A stretch of DNA of 64,000 nucleotides, from NCBI GenBank assembly GCA_937991965.1, contig CALKLP010000112.1:3608-67607 (forward strand), written 5' to 3'. The stretch is from an uncultured Verrucomicrobiales bacterium (GTDB lineage: Bacteria; Verrucomicrobiota; Verrucomicrobiia; Verrucomicrobiales; Akkermansiaceae). The notes under the pieces were generated by a model. The model worked only from the letters and a program-made list of their open reading frames with translations. It ran no database searches and was not told where the DNA came from. Shown here piece by piece: positions 9,292-17,590 of this stretch; position 1 is the first letter of the stretch, and each line of letters opens with the position of its first letter. The position numbers were made by a program, and so were the translations under genes.

Positions 9292-11334
9292 TTACAGGCC
9301 TGCTCCATTGAAAAAGATGATGTCTTCAGCGGGGGTGACTTTTCCGGCTTCTAGGGTGGAGAGGTATTCTTTGGTTTTTTCGAGGTAATACTTTTTGGCT
9401 TTTTTTAGGAAGGGAGCTTTATATGTTCTTATGCTTCGTGCATATTGATCTGCTTTATGAAAATACGCCATCGCTTCTGAGGCGTCCCGTTTTTTAAACC
9501 AAAGATGCTCACCTTTAAGAATGAGGTATTTGGCCGCTAAGCGATCAATGTAGTATGATTGCCAGCGATTGTTGGATACCTCGAATGCTTTTGTAATTAG
9601 AGCCTCGCTTTGCTCAAGTTTTCCTAAGTATATTTTCGTTAATGCTAAATTTGTGATGAGCGTTAGGCGATATGGATGGATGGCGTATCCTGCTGCCAAT
9701 TTTTGCTCTGCTGCGTTTAACATTGCGTTTTTGTATAAGGGGTTGGAGGTGTAACTCGCATGATTTATGAGGGAGATCCCTAGCTCCTCTAATAGAATGG
9801 GTTCCGGAGCGATTTCTGCTACATGACCGGCTTCTTGAAGGTAAACCCCTTGGTTTGTATTCCATTTAGCATGGTCATACTTGACGAGTTTGATGTTATG
9901 AACAATTTGATTTTTTCCGATGAGAACGAGGATTATGGAGGCGCTGACGATCGTGACAGATTGTAAGATATGGGGAAGCCAAGCCGTCTTCTTGGGCCTA
10001 GTGCCAAGTCCGGGATCATTCGCGGCTAGATAACCATAGGATGCCCCAAGAATAAGAGCGAGCTGAATAAAAGTCGCTGCGTTATGCATGGTGAAATCCG
10101 CTAGCGCATGAACCATGATGCCAAGGGTGGCGGAAGTGGCGATAATGGGTGGGACAATCCAGTTTTCGTTCAGGAAACGTTGGCGATAGGCGGTCTTCCA
10201 TGTCATTGTGAGGATCATCGCAATTGTCCCTAAAATTAGAATTAACCCGATAACGCCATATTCTGCTAGAGTTTGAATATAGTCGTTGTGCACCATTTCA
10301 GGGTCACTGAAATGCTTAGTTGTCACATCTCGTTTTTCTCTTAATCTTGGGGCATGAGTCCAGTATGAACGCGGGCCGCTACCTATAATAGGGGATTCTA
10401 ACCAGAGAGAATATCCCATACTCATTGTTGAAATTCTCATGCCTGACATGACATCTTGCTCTAAATCTCCAGAGCCAGCTCTTGTTTCTTGTTCCGATAC
10501 CTTGTTGAAGGTTTGATAGAATCCAGCTCCTCCTCCAAACAGGCCCAAGATAGAGATTAAGATTACAGAAATGAGGATGTTTTGAGACCTTAAAGAACCG
10601 TGCTGAAAAAGCGCTTTGCCAGTGATTCCTAAAAGTAGACATACGATTACCGATAAGACTGTTACGGCCGCTCCTAGTCGGCTGCTGCTGCCGAACGCAG
10701 CGATTAGTGTGAAAGCGGCCATTAATATGCAGCCTAATTTGATAAGGACTTCTAAGGGCTTATTCCTGACCTTTAAGAAAACTAGTCCAGTAAGTGCAGC
10801 CGCATTTAGGCCACAATAGGAAGCAAAGGGGTTATAATGGCGGAAAAATCCGAAAAAGCCTTTCTGGTTAGGGAGTTTCCCCCATGCTTTTGGAAGCCCT
10901 TCGGCAATATCTTTTGGCAGGAGCGAAACCAGGATTTGGTAAGAATGAATGCCGAGTGCGATGGCGAGAACGGCAAAGAACATCTTCTTGCTCCGCGCGA
11001 TAATGCTCATCGCGACAAAGGTGATTAATCCATAATAAAGCACGGGGAAGTCCTTCCCTGCGAGAAAGGGTAATTCTGCAAACAGTCCACGTAAACCAAG
11101 ATAAAGTGTCAGGATCCCTAGGCTTGCATAGATTAGGGTGTTGCCTTTTGCAATTTTTGGGGGTTTAGCAAAGATTAATAGCGGCACAAGGGCTAAGAAA
11201 AACCACGATGGAGTGAAGAATCGGTGGTATTCGAAACCCACTACGTAAGCCTGGGTAACAATGATTCCCGCGACGAGTAGGAGGACGATGATGAACCTAA
11301 GAAAAAATGATGTCATGATAGTGTCGTGTTTCAA
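9292..11334 (-). CDS. O-antigen ligase/polymerase-like (Wzy_C) membrane protein with C-terminal TPR-like domain
   Basis: 680 aa. Many TM segments, the Wzy_C-type motif HNDYIQTLAEYGVIGLIL, and about 200 aa of helical-repeat (TPR-like) C-terminus. Confidence 0.75.
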   Translation of the reverse strand: MKHDTIMTSFFLRFIIVLLLVAGIIVTQAYVVGFEYHRFFTPSWFFLALVPLLIFAKPPKIAKGNTLIYASLGILTLYLGLRGLFAELPFLAGKDFPVLYYGLITFVAMSIIARSKKMFFAVLAIALGIHSYQILVSLLPKDIAEGLPKAWGKLPNQKGFFGFFRHYNPFASYCGLNAAALTGLVFLKVRNKPLEVLIKLGCILMAAFTLIAAFGSSSRLGAAVTVLSVIVCLLLGITGKALFQHGSLRSQNILISVILISILGLFGGGAGFYQTFNKVSEQETRAGSGDLEQDVMSGMRISTMSMGYSLWLESPIIGSGPRSYWTHAPRLREKRDVTTKHFSDPEMVHNDYIQTLAEYGVIGLILILGTIAMILTMTWKTAYRQRFLNENWIVPPIIATSATLGIMVHALADFTMHNAATFIQLALILGASYGYLAANDPGLGTRPKKTAWLPHILQSVTIVSASIILVLIGKNQIVHNIKLVKYDHAKWNTNQGVYLQEAGHVAEIAPEPILLEELGISLINHASYTSNPLYKNAMLNAAEQKLAAGYAIHPYRLTLITNLALTKIYLGKLEQSEALITKAFEVSNNRWQSYYIDRLAAKYLILKGEHLWFKKRDASEAMAYFHKADQYARSIRTYKAPFLKKAKKYYLEKTKEYLSTLEAGKVTPAEDIIFFNGAGL

Positions 11335-11350
11335 AAATTAGTTGGTTGAG

Positions 11351-12928
11351 CTATTGTTTCAACTTAAGTTGACCTCCACCAGAAAGGCGATCTGGAACAA
11401 AAACTAGATTGGCCTGGTGAAGATTTGTTTTTAAGCTTTTGGGGTCATTGGTAATCTCTTGGTGAATAAAGACTTTTCGACCTTGTTCTAGATGATTTTG
11501 AATGAAGTCATCTTGCGCCGCTGTTTCAAGGTCCACGGGAAATACTACAGACTTAAGGTTCGGATAATGGTAGCTAAGATATCGTGGAATACCGCTATGC
11601 TTTTCGTTTCTCAAAACGAGATCACCCGGCGCAGAGTCTCTAAGTTGGGGTTCAAGCGTAGCGTAATAGTAATCGCGATCAAGATTGGAGAGCAAGGAAA
11701 TGCCACCAAGGTAGTTTGTAGCGGTAAAGAATAGATAGAAACCTCCCAGTTTTCCATATGAGGCGCTCCCCATAAAGATGAGATATGGTAGGAGAATCAC
11801 AGGTAGAATCAAGGCCCACATTTCTGGGTTTCCTGGTTCAAACCATAAGATAAACACCGTACACATGAGGCTCCCAATCCATATTGCGGCAGATTCAGGT
11901 TTATCAAATAGAGTGCGAAAGAATGACTTATTTAGCGTCAGTTTTTTTAACTGGGTAAGAAGGATGCCACCTCCAACAATGAACAAGGCGACGAGCATGC
12001 TGATCCAACCCACTTTATGCCAGAGGGGGGTGCCTTGAGCCATGAATCGCTCTTCGTAGAGATACCTCTCTCTAAATAAACCATTACTCAGTAAGTCATA
12101 GACGCGATCAAACCCCATAATTAGGTTCGTGCCAACGACTGAGGCGCCCAAGCCTACGGCGGCCTTTGGGAATGATTTTAGAGTGAGATTTTTGGCGTTT
12201 TCTTTTTTTGTTAGGGGTGTTTCCTTTTTAGATTTTGTAAGGCCTTCTACGATATTGAGATTCTGTTGTTGATAGCGGTCTACGGTATAGAAAGAAGCAA
12301 AGGTTGCCACTCCTAAGGCAGCAACGAAAACGAATAAACTGCGGTATCTCTTAGAGAAAAAATAGTATCCTACTCCGATGACAGCAGTTGGCACAATACA
12401 GATGGTATGGACCAGAGTGGCAGACACCCCAATTATGGCTACAGTGAGAGGCCAAAATAATCCTTTAGAATGACGGCTACTCATTAAGGTCAAAAGAAAT
12501 AGACTCTGCCCGAACCAAGCCATGGCATTGATCTCTGCGGCATGAGTATATCGCCAAAAGTTATATGTTACCGAAAGAATAGCGATGACCAGCAAGGATT
12601 TTCCATGAGTGAGTCCTATCTTAACGAGGAAAAAATAGAGGCAAGCAATACTAGCTAGAGCACAGATCGTCGAAATCCCAATGAGTGTAGATAAGGGTTC
12701 AACAACAGCGAAGACATTTACAAAACTATGAACTTCATCACAAATAATATGATAGAGCTTATGGTTTGGGTGAATGAGTTGTGCCCAGTCATCTGTATCT
12801 CTAACTTGCTGGGCGTATTGATAGGCATCTTCGGTCTCCGTATGGTTATTAATACGCGGTGTTAACAAGATGATCAGTAAGACGCCCCATCCCAGTAAGT
12901 AAAAGGCTCTATTTTTTTTACTTTGCAT
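11351..12928 (-). CDS. polytopic membrane protein, GT-C-like (candidate lipid-linked-sugar glycosyltransferase)
   Basis: 525 aa with roughly a dozen hydrophobic segments. Acidic TETEDAYQYA lies in the first loop after TM1, and about 110 aa at the C-terminus are hydrophilic. Coding is well supported; the GT-C function is inferred from architecture only. Confidence 0.45.
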   Translation of the reverse strand: MQSKKNRAFYLLGWGVLLIILLTPRINNHTETEDAYQYAQQVRDTDDWAQLIHPNHKLYHIICDEVHSFVNVFAVVEPLSTLIGISTICALASIACLYFFLVKIGLTHGKSLLVIAILSVTYNFWRYTHAAEINAMAWFGQSLFLLTLMSSRHSKGLFWPLTVAIIGVSATLVHTICIVPTAVIGVGYYFFSKRYRSLFVFVAALGVATFASFYTVDRYQQQNLNIVEGLTKSKKETPLTKKENAKNLTLKSFPKAAVGLGASVVGTNLIMGFDRVYDLLSNGLFRERYLYEERFMAQGTPLWHKVGWISMLVALFIVGGGILLTQLKKLTLNKSFFRTLFDKPESAAIWIGSLMCTVFILWFEPGNPEMWALILPVILLPYLIFMGSASYGKLGGFYLFFTATNYLGGISLLSNLDRDYYYATLEPQLRDSAPGDLVLRNEKHSGIPRYLSYHYPNLKSVVFPVDLETAAQDDFIQNHLEQGRKVFIHQEITNDPKSLKTNLHQANLVFVPDRLSGGGQLKLKQ

Positions 12929-12931
12929 GAT

Positions 12932-13681
12932 TTAGATCGATAATTTCTTGAAGATGCATTCCGGAATCAATTTTATACACAGCATAATAGAGAACCAATA
13001 GAACGGCAAATAGACGATATTGCGTTTTGTTTCTTCTGCTCTTAGGATTCCGGCCGCGATGCTTGCTGGTTTAGCCCAAAGAAGGCCTTTTTCGAGATGG
13101 CTTGTCATGGGGGTATCTACAAAGCCGGGTTTCACGGTCAGAACAGTTATTTCTGAGGAATGTAGGCGGCCGCGTAGTCCTTGCAAATAGAGAGATAAAG
13201 CTCCTTTTGAAGCCCCGTAGAAATAGTTGGACTTTCGTCCGCGATCACCAGCGACGGAAGAAATGACGGAGATCTGACCAGAGATAGCTTTCTCTAAAAA
13301 ATATTGCGCAGCGCTTTCACAAACTGCTACGGCACTAAGGTAATTTACATGATGGCTGTTGATTGCGGCAGAGAAATCATTTTGGAGTTCTTCCTGCTCG
13401 GGTAGGCATCCATGAGCGACTAGGACTTTGCTTATCCCTTGGAGCGTCTTGTCTGCTTGGTTAAAGCAGTTTTTAATTTCATCATAGTTTGTAAAATTTA
13501 TCGCTAAGGTATGTACCGTGTCAGGAGAAGACCCTGATCTTATTTCCAGGTCTTTTGCAGTGCGTGTTAGAGTATTGGTATTTCGACCTACGAGGAAGAC
13601 TTGTCCGCCATTACTTAAAATTAATTGGGCATATTCTTCCGCAATCGCAGAAGTGCCTCCAAAGATGAGAACTTTATTCAT
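12932..13681 (-). CDS. short-chain dehydrogenase, DprE2-like (polyprenyl-P-2-keto-ribose reductase candidate)
   Basis: 249 aa. VLIFGGTSAIA Rossmann motif and YGASK (YxxxK). The C-terminus ...IKLIPECIFKKLSI closely resembles the mycobacterial DprE2 end (...IPRSIFRKLPI, recalled from memory). Confidence 0.8.
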   Translation of the reverse strand: MNKVLIFGGTSAIAEEYAQLILSNGGQVFLVGRNTNTLTRTAKDLEIRSGSSPDTVHTLAINFTNYDEIKNCFNQADKTLQGISKVLVAHGCLPEQEELQNDFSAAINSHHVNYLSAVAVCESAAQYFLEKAISGQISVISSVAGDRGRKSNYFYGASKGALSLYLQGLRGRLHSSEITVLTVKPGFVDTPMTSHLEKGLLWAKPASIAAGILRAEETKRNIVYLPFYWFSIMLCIKLIPECIFKKLSI

Positions 13682-14678
13682 AGGAATTGAATTTACGTTT
13701 TAGCTTCTTACATAAACCATAATCAATATAGCGAGCAACGATGTAAGAGGTTGAAATTGAAAATGTGAAATATACGATGGTTGAGAGGATAGTATTTGAA
13801 TCGGATAACCCTAAAATTTTAAGAAGCGATTTCCCGCCAACATTATGGAGTAAGTATAAAGGGTAAGAAATGTAGCCGAGAAAGAGAAGAGGCCTCCAAG
13901 AGAGCGCTTTTTGGATATGGATATTAAAGAACAGTAAAAGAGAGAAGGAAACCAGAACAACAGAGGCAAGCTCATAAGAAATAAAACTTAATCTAAACTG
14001 GGAATAATCGTTGCCTGTATTTCCAGAGAAAGCCAACCCGATGGCGATTAAAAGAAAAAGGATGGTTACTTGCCACGTGGTTACCTCTTTGTTCCTTTTT
14101 AAATAATAGATCATTCCCAGCGCGAAATAGCTTCCAAAGTCGAGGAGGCTGACGGATTTGATTATTTTAGGAATCTCCCAAGGGATAAGATTACAGAATA
14201 AAACAATACTGGAATGAGCGATGAGTGAAAGGTAAACTACTCGTGTTTTCAGCTTAAAGAGAACAATAGCAAAGGCGATATACCCATAAAATACCGCCTC
14301 TAGAAGAAGTGTCCAATACACTGGGTCAACATGACCAAAGCCAAGAAACTTATGAAAGAAAAGGTAATTTGAGCCTAAAGCTAGGACACTACCAGAGTAG
14401 TTCCCCGAAATACAAAGCAAGAAAATAGAAATGCTGAGGCAAACAAAATAGGTGGGATAAACTCTGATGAAGCGATTTTTTAAGAATGTCATGGCATTCA
14501 TCTTAGTTCGTGCGGAATACATAATCACATATCCTGAAATGATAAAGAAAATGTGAACGCCATAGCTACCGATTGCAAAGAACGCACTCGAGTTGGGGGT
14601 CAATTGCGCATAGTGAAAAATCACAACCATGATGGCGGCAACCCCTCTTAATCCGTCAATATATTTGGCTCTCTCCAT
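13674..14678 (-). CDS. acyltransferase family 3 (membrane O-acyltransferase)
   Basis: 334 aa. N-terminal IDGLRGVAAIMVVIFHY motif and about 10 TM segments. Confidence 0.8.
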   Translation of the reverse strand: MERAKYIDGLRGVAAIMVVIFHYAQLTPNSSAFFAIGSYGVHIFFIISGYVIMYSARTKMNAMTFLKNRFIRVYPTYFVCLSISIFLLCISGNYSGSVLALGSNYLFFHKFLGFGHVDPVYWTLLLEAVFYGYIAFAIVLFKLKTRVVYLSLIAHSSIVLFCNLIPWEIPKIIKSVSLLDFGSYFALGMIYYLKRNKEVTTWQVTILFLLIAIGLAFSGNTGNDYSQFRLSFISYELASVVLVSFSLLLFFNIHIQKALSWRPLLFLGYISYPLYLLHNVGGKSLLKILGLSDSNTILSTIVYFTFSISTSYIVARYIDYGLCKKLKRKFNSYE

Positions 14679-14696
14679 AGGGACTTTAGCGGGAGT

Positions 14697-16043
14697 TTAT
14701 TTTTGATGATGACATCTCTGCCAGAAGTCGGAGGAAAACTTGGGATCGATAAATTTCTCAAATTCCAAGATCTGAGGGTAGAAAGATGCAAAGTCTGTCA
14801 TCCGGCTATCCTTGGCGGGGTATAAACACCCGCTAGCTTCTTTAACGATCTTATCTAAACGGTTAAACAACTCTTTGACCGGCATCCCATTGTTTGGGAA
14901 ATCAAGAGCGAGTGTAATACCTGGACGGCTAAACGAGAGCATTCCATCAGAGGGGATGTCTCCGAATCGTTTTAAAACGGCGAGAAAGGACCCTTGCTTC
15001 GAATGCGAAATTTCTGACAGCATAGCTCTGGTCGTCTCCAGTGCATGTTCATGAGGAATAACGGATTGATATTGGAAAAATCCTTGTTTTCCATAGAGTT
15101 TATTCCAGTTATTGAGCGTATCTAAGGGGTAGAAAAAGGGATCGTAATGCACTTTTCCTTTAGGCCGCTTTGCTTTCTGTAAGTTGTAATAGAAGGCGTT
15201 AAAGAGTCTTATATTGAAAGGGGAGAGTAAAAGACTGGGAGCATTGAAAGGGATACTGGCCTTCGGGTCAGTATGGACGCTTAGCTCTCCATTGGTGGCG
15301 TGATTGCCCCCCATATAGATTCCACGACCTAAACTCGCGCCTTTTGATAAACAATCAATCCAAGAGACAGAGTGCTCGAACTCTCCATCATGGTTCTGAC
15401 TGATTTCAAAAAACTCATCAATATTACGAAAAGGAATTGATTTCACATCGAGATGAGAGGATGAAATCTTTTTTAGCTGAAGGGTGACATCTATGATGAG
15501 GCCTGTTAGCCCGAGGCCGCCAATGGTAGCGTGAAACCATTCTTTATTGTTCTCCCTTGAGCACACCATGAGGGACCCATCTGACCGTAATAAGGAAAAT
15601 TGAATGACGTTATTACCAAAGGCTCCCGCGACATGATGATTCTTGCCATGCACATCGTTCGCCACAGCTCCGCCGAGCGTAATGAATTTGGTGCCAGGAG
15701 TAGTGGGTAAGAAGCATCCCCTAGGAACGATTACACGCAGAACTTCATCCAGAGAGATTCCTGCCTCCGCTGTCAGTAGTCCCGCATCAGGGTCGAAGGA
15801 GATGAGCTTATTCATTCCTGTGGTCTCGATAACATCTCCTTCAGAATTCAAACATGAGTCTCCGTAACTGCGCCCTAGACCATAAGCTAATATTTTTCCA
15901 TTCTCCTCAGAAAGTGCGTCCTTTAGGCGCTGCGGGTCACTCGTAGATATCGCTCTACTGGGAGCGGCATTAAGGCGCCCCCAAGATTGGAATTGTTTAT
16001 GGTACCACGGTGACATATGTAACGAATTATCTAACAAAGACAA
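14697..16043 (-). CDS. FAD-dependent oxidase, DprE1-like (polyprenyl-P-ribose 2'-oxidase candidate)
   Basis: 448 aa. Colinear with recalled M. tuberculosis DprE1 through WGR, GLGRSYGD, PGTKFITLGGAVANDVHGKNHH, GGLGLTG, FFQYQSVIP and LYPAKDSR (catalytic Lys context). Confidence 0.88.
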   Translation of the reverse strand: MSLLDNSLHMSPWYHKQFQSWGRLNAAPSRAISTSDPQRLKDALSEENGKILAYGLGRSYGDSCLNSEGDVIETTGMNKLISFDPDAGLLTAEAGISLDEVLRVIVPRGCFLPTTPGTKFITLGGAVANDVHGKNHHVAGAFGNNVIQFSLLRSDGSLMVCSRENNKEWFHATIGGLGLTGLIIDVTLQLKKISSSHLDVKSIPFRNIDEFFEISQNHDGEFEHSVSWIDCLSKGASLGRGIYMGGNHATNGELSVHTDPKASIPFNAPSLLLSPFNIRLFNAFYYNLQKAKRPKGKVHYDPFFYPLDTLNNWNKLYGKQGFFQYQSVIPHEHALETTRAMLSEISHSKQGSFLAVLKRFGDIPSDGMLSFSRPGITLALDFPNNGMPVKELFNRLDKIVKEASGCLYPAKDSRMTDFASFYPQILEFEKFIDPKFSSDFWQRCHHQK

Positions 16044-16893
16044 TAACCATAACCATCCACACTGCCATACAGAGGGCGATAATCGGTTTTTTTAAAACAA
16101 GCTTCTCGGGTCGCTCAACGTCTGCCGAGCGATTTGCCTCCAGAGAGTAAGCTACGAGTGCTATTAAAACGGGGATAGCTGTCAGCCAAAACCCATTGGA
16201 ATGAGCTCTAGCCTTATAGCAGTATAGGAGGTAGCACCCAGAAATAAGAATCGATACCACCCAGATAGCTTTTGAGGCATCGATCCGTGCATACCAATTT
16301 AAGGAATTTCTCGTTGCGCCAATGGGAACCTCTTCCTGTCCCAGCTTTTTTAACTCCCCAGCTCTCTTACCCAAAGCAAGAAGTAGAGCTAACAAATACG
16401 TGATAAGCATTAACCACTCAGAGGGGTACAGCGTCAAGGCAAAGGCTCCAGCGGCGACCCTTAGAACAAACCCAAAGGAAATGGAGGCAATATCTAGAAT
16501 GGGAATTTTACGAAGAGAGACGGTATAGAGAGAGTTAATTAAAATGTAGCCTATTAGGCACAGGCTGGTCTTGCCAAAACCGTAAGCAATGGACGTGATT
16601 AATAGCGACGAGACGATACATGATAGGCATAATGCCAAGGCCGCTTTTCCAGAAACCTTACCACTCGCAATCGCTCTGTTTCGCTTGCGAGGATGTTGAC
16701 GATCTTCGTCTCTATTCCATAGATCATTAAAGACATATCCAGCACTTGCGATTAGAGAAAATGTGATTAGTACAGGTAATACTTGTAGCCATTTCTCTAC
16801 CTCAAAGGCTTGTCCAGAAAAGAAAAGAGCGGCCAAACAAAAGCCACTCTTTAACCACTGCTCCGGGCGCAACGCTTTGATGTGATATTTCAT
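16027..16893 (-). CDS. UbiA-family prenyl-phosphate phosphoribosyltransferase-like (DPPR synthase candidate)
   Basis: 288 aa with about 8 TM segments. NDLWNRDEDRQHPRKRNRAIASGKV resembles the Rv3806c-type Asp-rich loop (DR-x-HP-x-KR-x-R-x-IA-x-G). Overlaps the DprE1-like gene by 17 nt. Confidence 0.8.
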   Translation of the reverse strand: MKYHIKALRPEQWLKSGFCLAALFFSGQAFEVEKWLQVLPVLITFSLIASAGYVFNDLWNRDEDRQHPRKRNRAIASGKVSGKAALALCLSCIVSSLLITSIAYGFGKTSLCLIGYILINSLYTVSLRKIPILDIASISFGFVLRVAAGAFALTLYPSEWLMLITYLLALLLALGKRAGELKKLGQEEVPIGATRNSLNWYARIDASKAIWVVSILISGCYLLYCYKARAHSNGFWLTAIPVLIALVAYSLEANRSADVERPEKLVLKKPIIALCMAVWMVMVIVFVR

Positions 16894-16895
16894 AC

Positions 16896-17585
16896 TTAGT
16901 AGTTTTTCAAGAAGGTGGAGCCATATTGCTCGATGAAGTCATAAGCTCGCTTTTGCGCGGCGGTTCGCTCTTCGCCCTCATCTAGATAGACATACGTCAT
17001 GATGGAAGGGTACCCCCAGCGTGTATTGCGGTTATAGAACATATTTTCTTTTGCGGAGATGAGAGCGCGTTGTAAGGAGTCATGGGTGCTGGTCTTACTA
17101 CCGACCCACCAGTATACATAATGGGCCTGAATTTTCTTCAATGTATCATCAGCTTGCATCTGCATCATTTCTAGATGGAGGTCTTTGACGCGGAGTTTTT
17201 TGCCATTGATGGTAAGCTCCTTGACCGTGGCTTGCTTGATGCTCCAACCTTGAGCTACCAGGCAGACCTCTGGGCGGTGGAGGGAGCGCTGATCACTACC
17301 ACTGAGAATCAAGGTCGCGGAGATGCTTCGTTGTAACGCATCATTTTGGGAGATGGCATCCTTTGGGTAATACATTCGTTTCAGCATTCCTGTGTCAGAG
17401 GGGAGCCATTCCTTTTCTACTTCGGAAACCTCTCGATCGTAAGAAGCATGATTCGGAATTTCCTCTGGCAGGATAAGAGTAAGTCCAGTTTGTGGATCGG
17501 TGGCAGCATTTGGAAACTTATAGCATAAGAAAACCGTTACAACTGTAAGGGTAACAACAATGAGGCATCTAAAAATTTGATTCAT
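16896..17585 (-). CDS. EpsI-family exosortase-associated protein
   Basis: 229 aa. N-terminal anchor and HRPEVCLVAQGW motif. Sits immediately downstream of the exosortase. Confidence 0.8.
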   Translation of the reverse strand: MNQIFRCLIVVTLTVVTVFLCYKFPNAATDPQTGLTLILPEEIPNHASYDREVSEVEKEWLPSDTGMLKRMYYPKDAISQNDALQRSISATLILSGSDQRSLHRPEVCLVAQGWSIKQATVKELTINGKKLRVKDLHLEMMQMQADDTLKKIQAHYVYWWVGSKTSTHDSLQRALISAKENMFYNRNTRWGYPSIMTYVYLDEGEERTAAQKRAYDFIEQYGSTFLKNY

Positions 17586-17590
17586 AAGAG

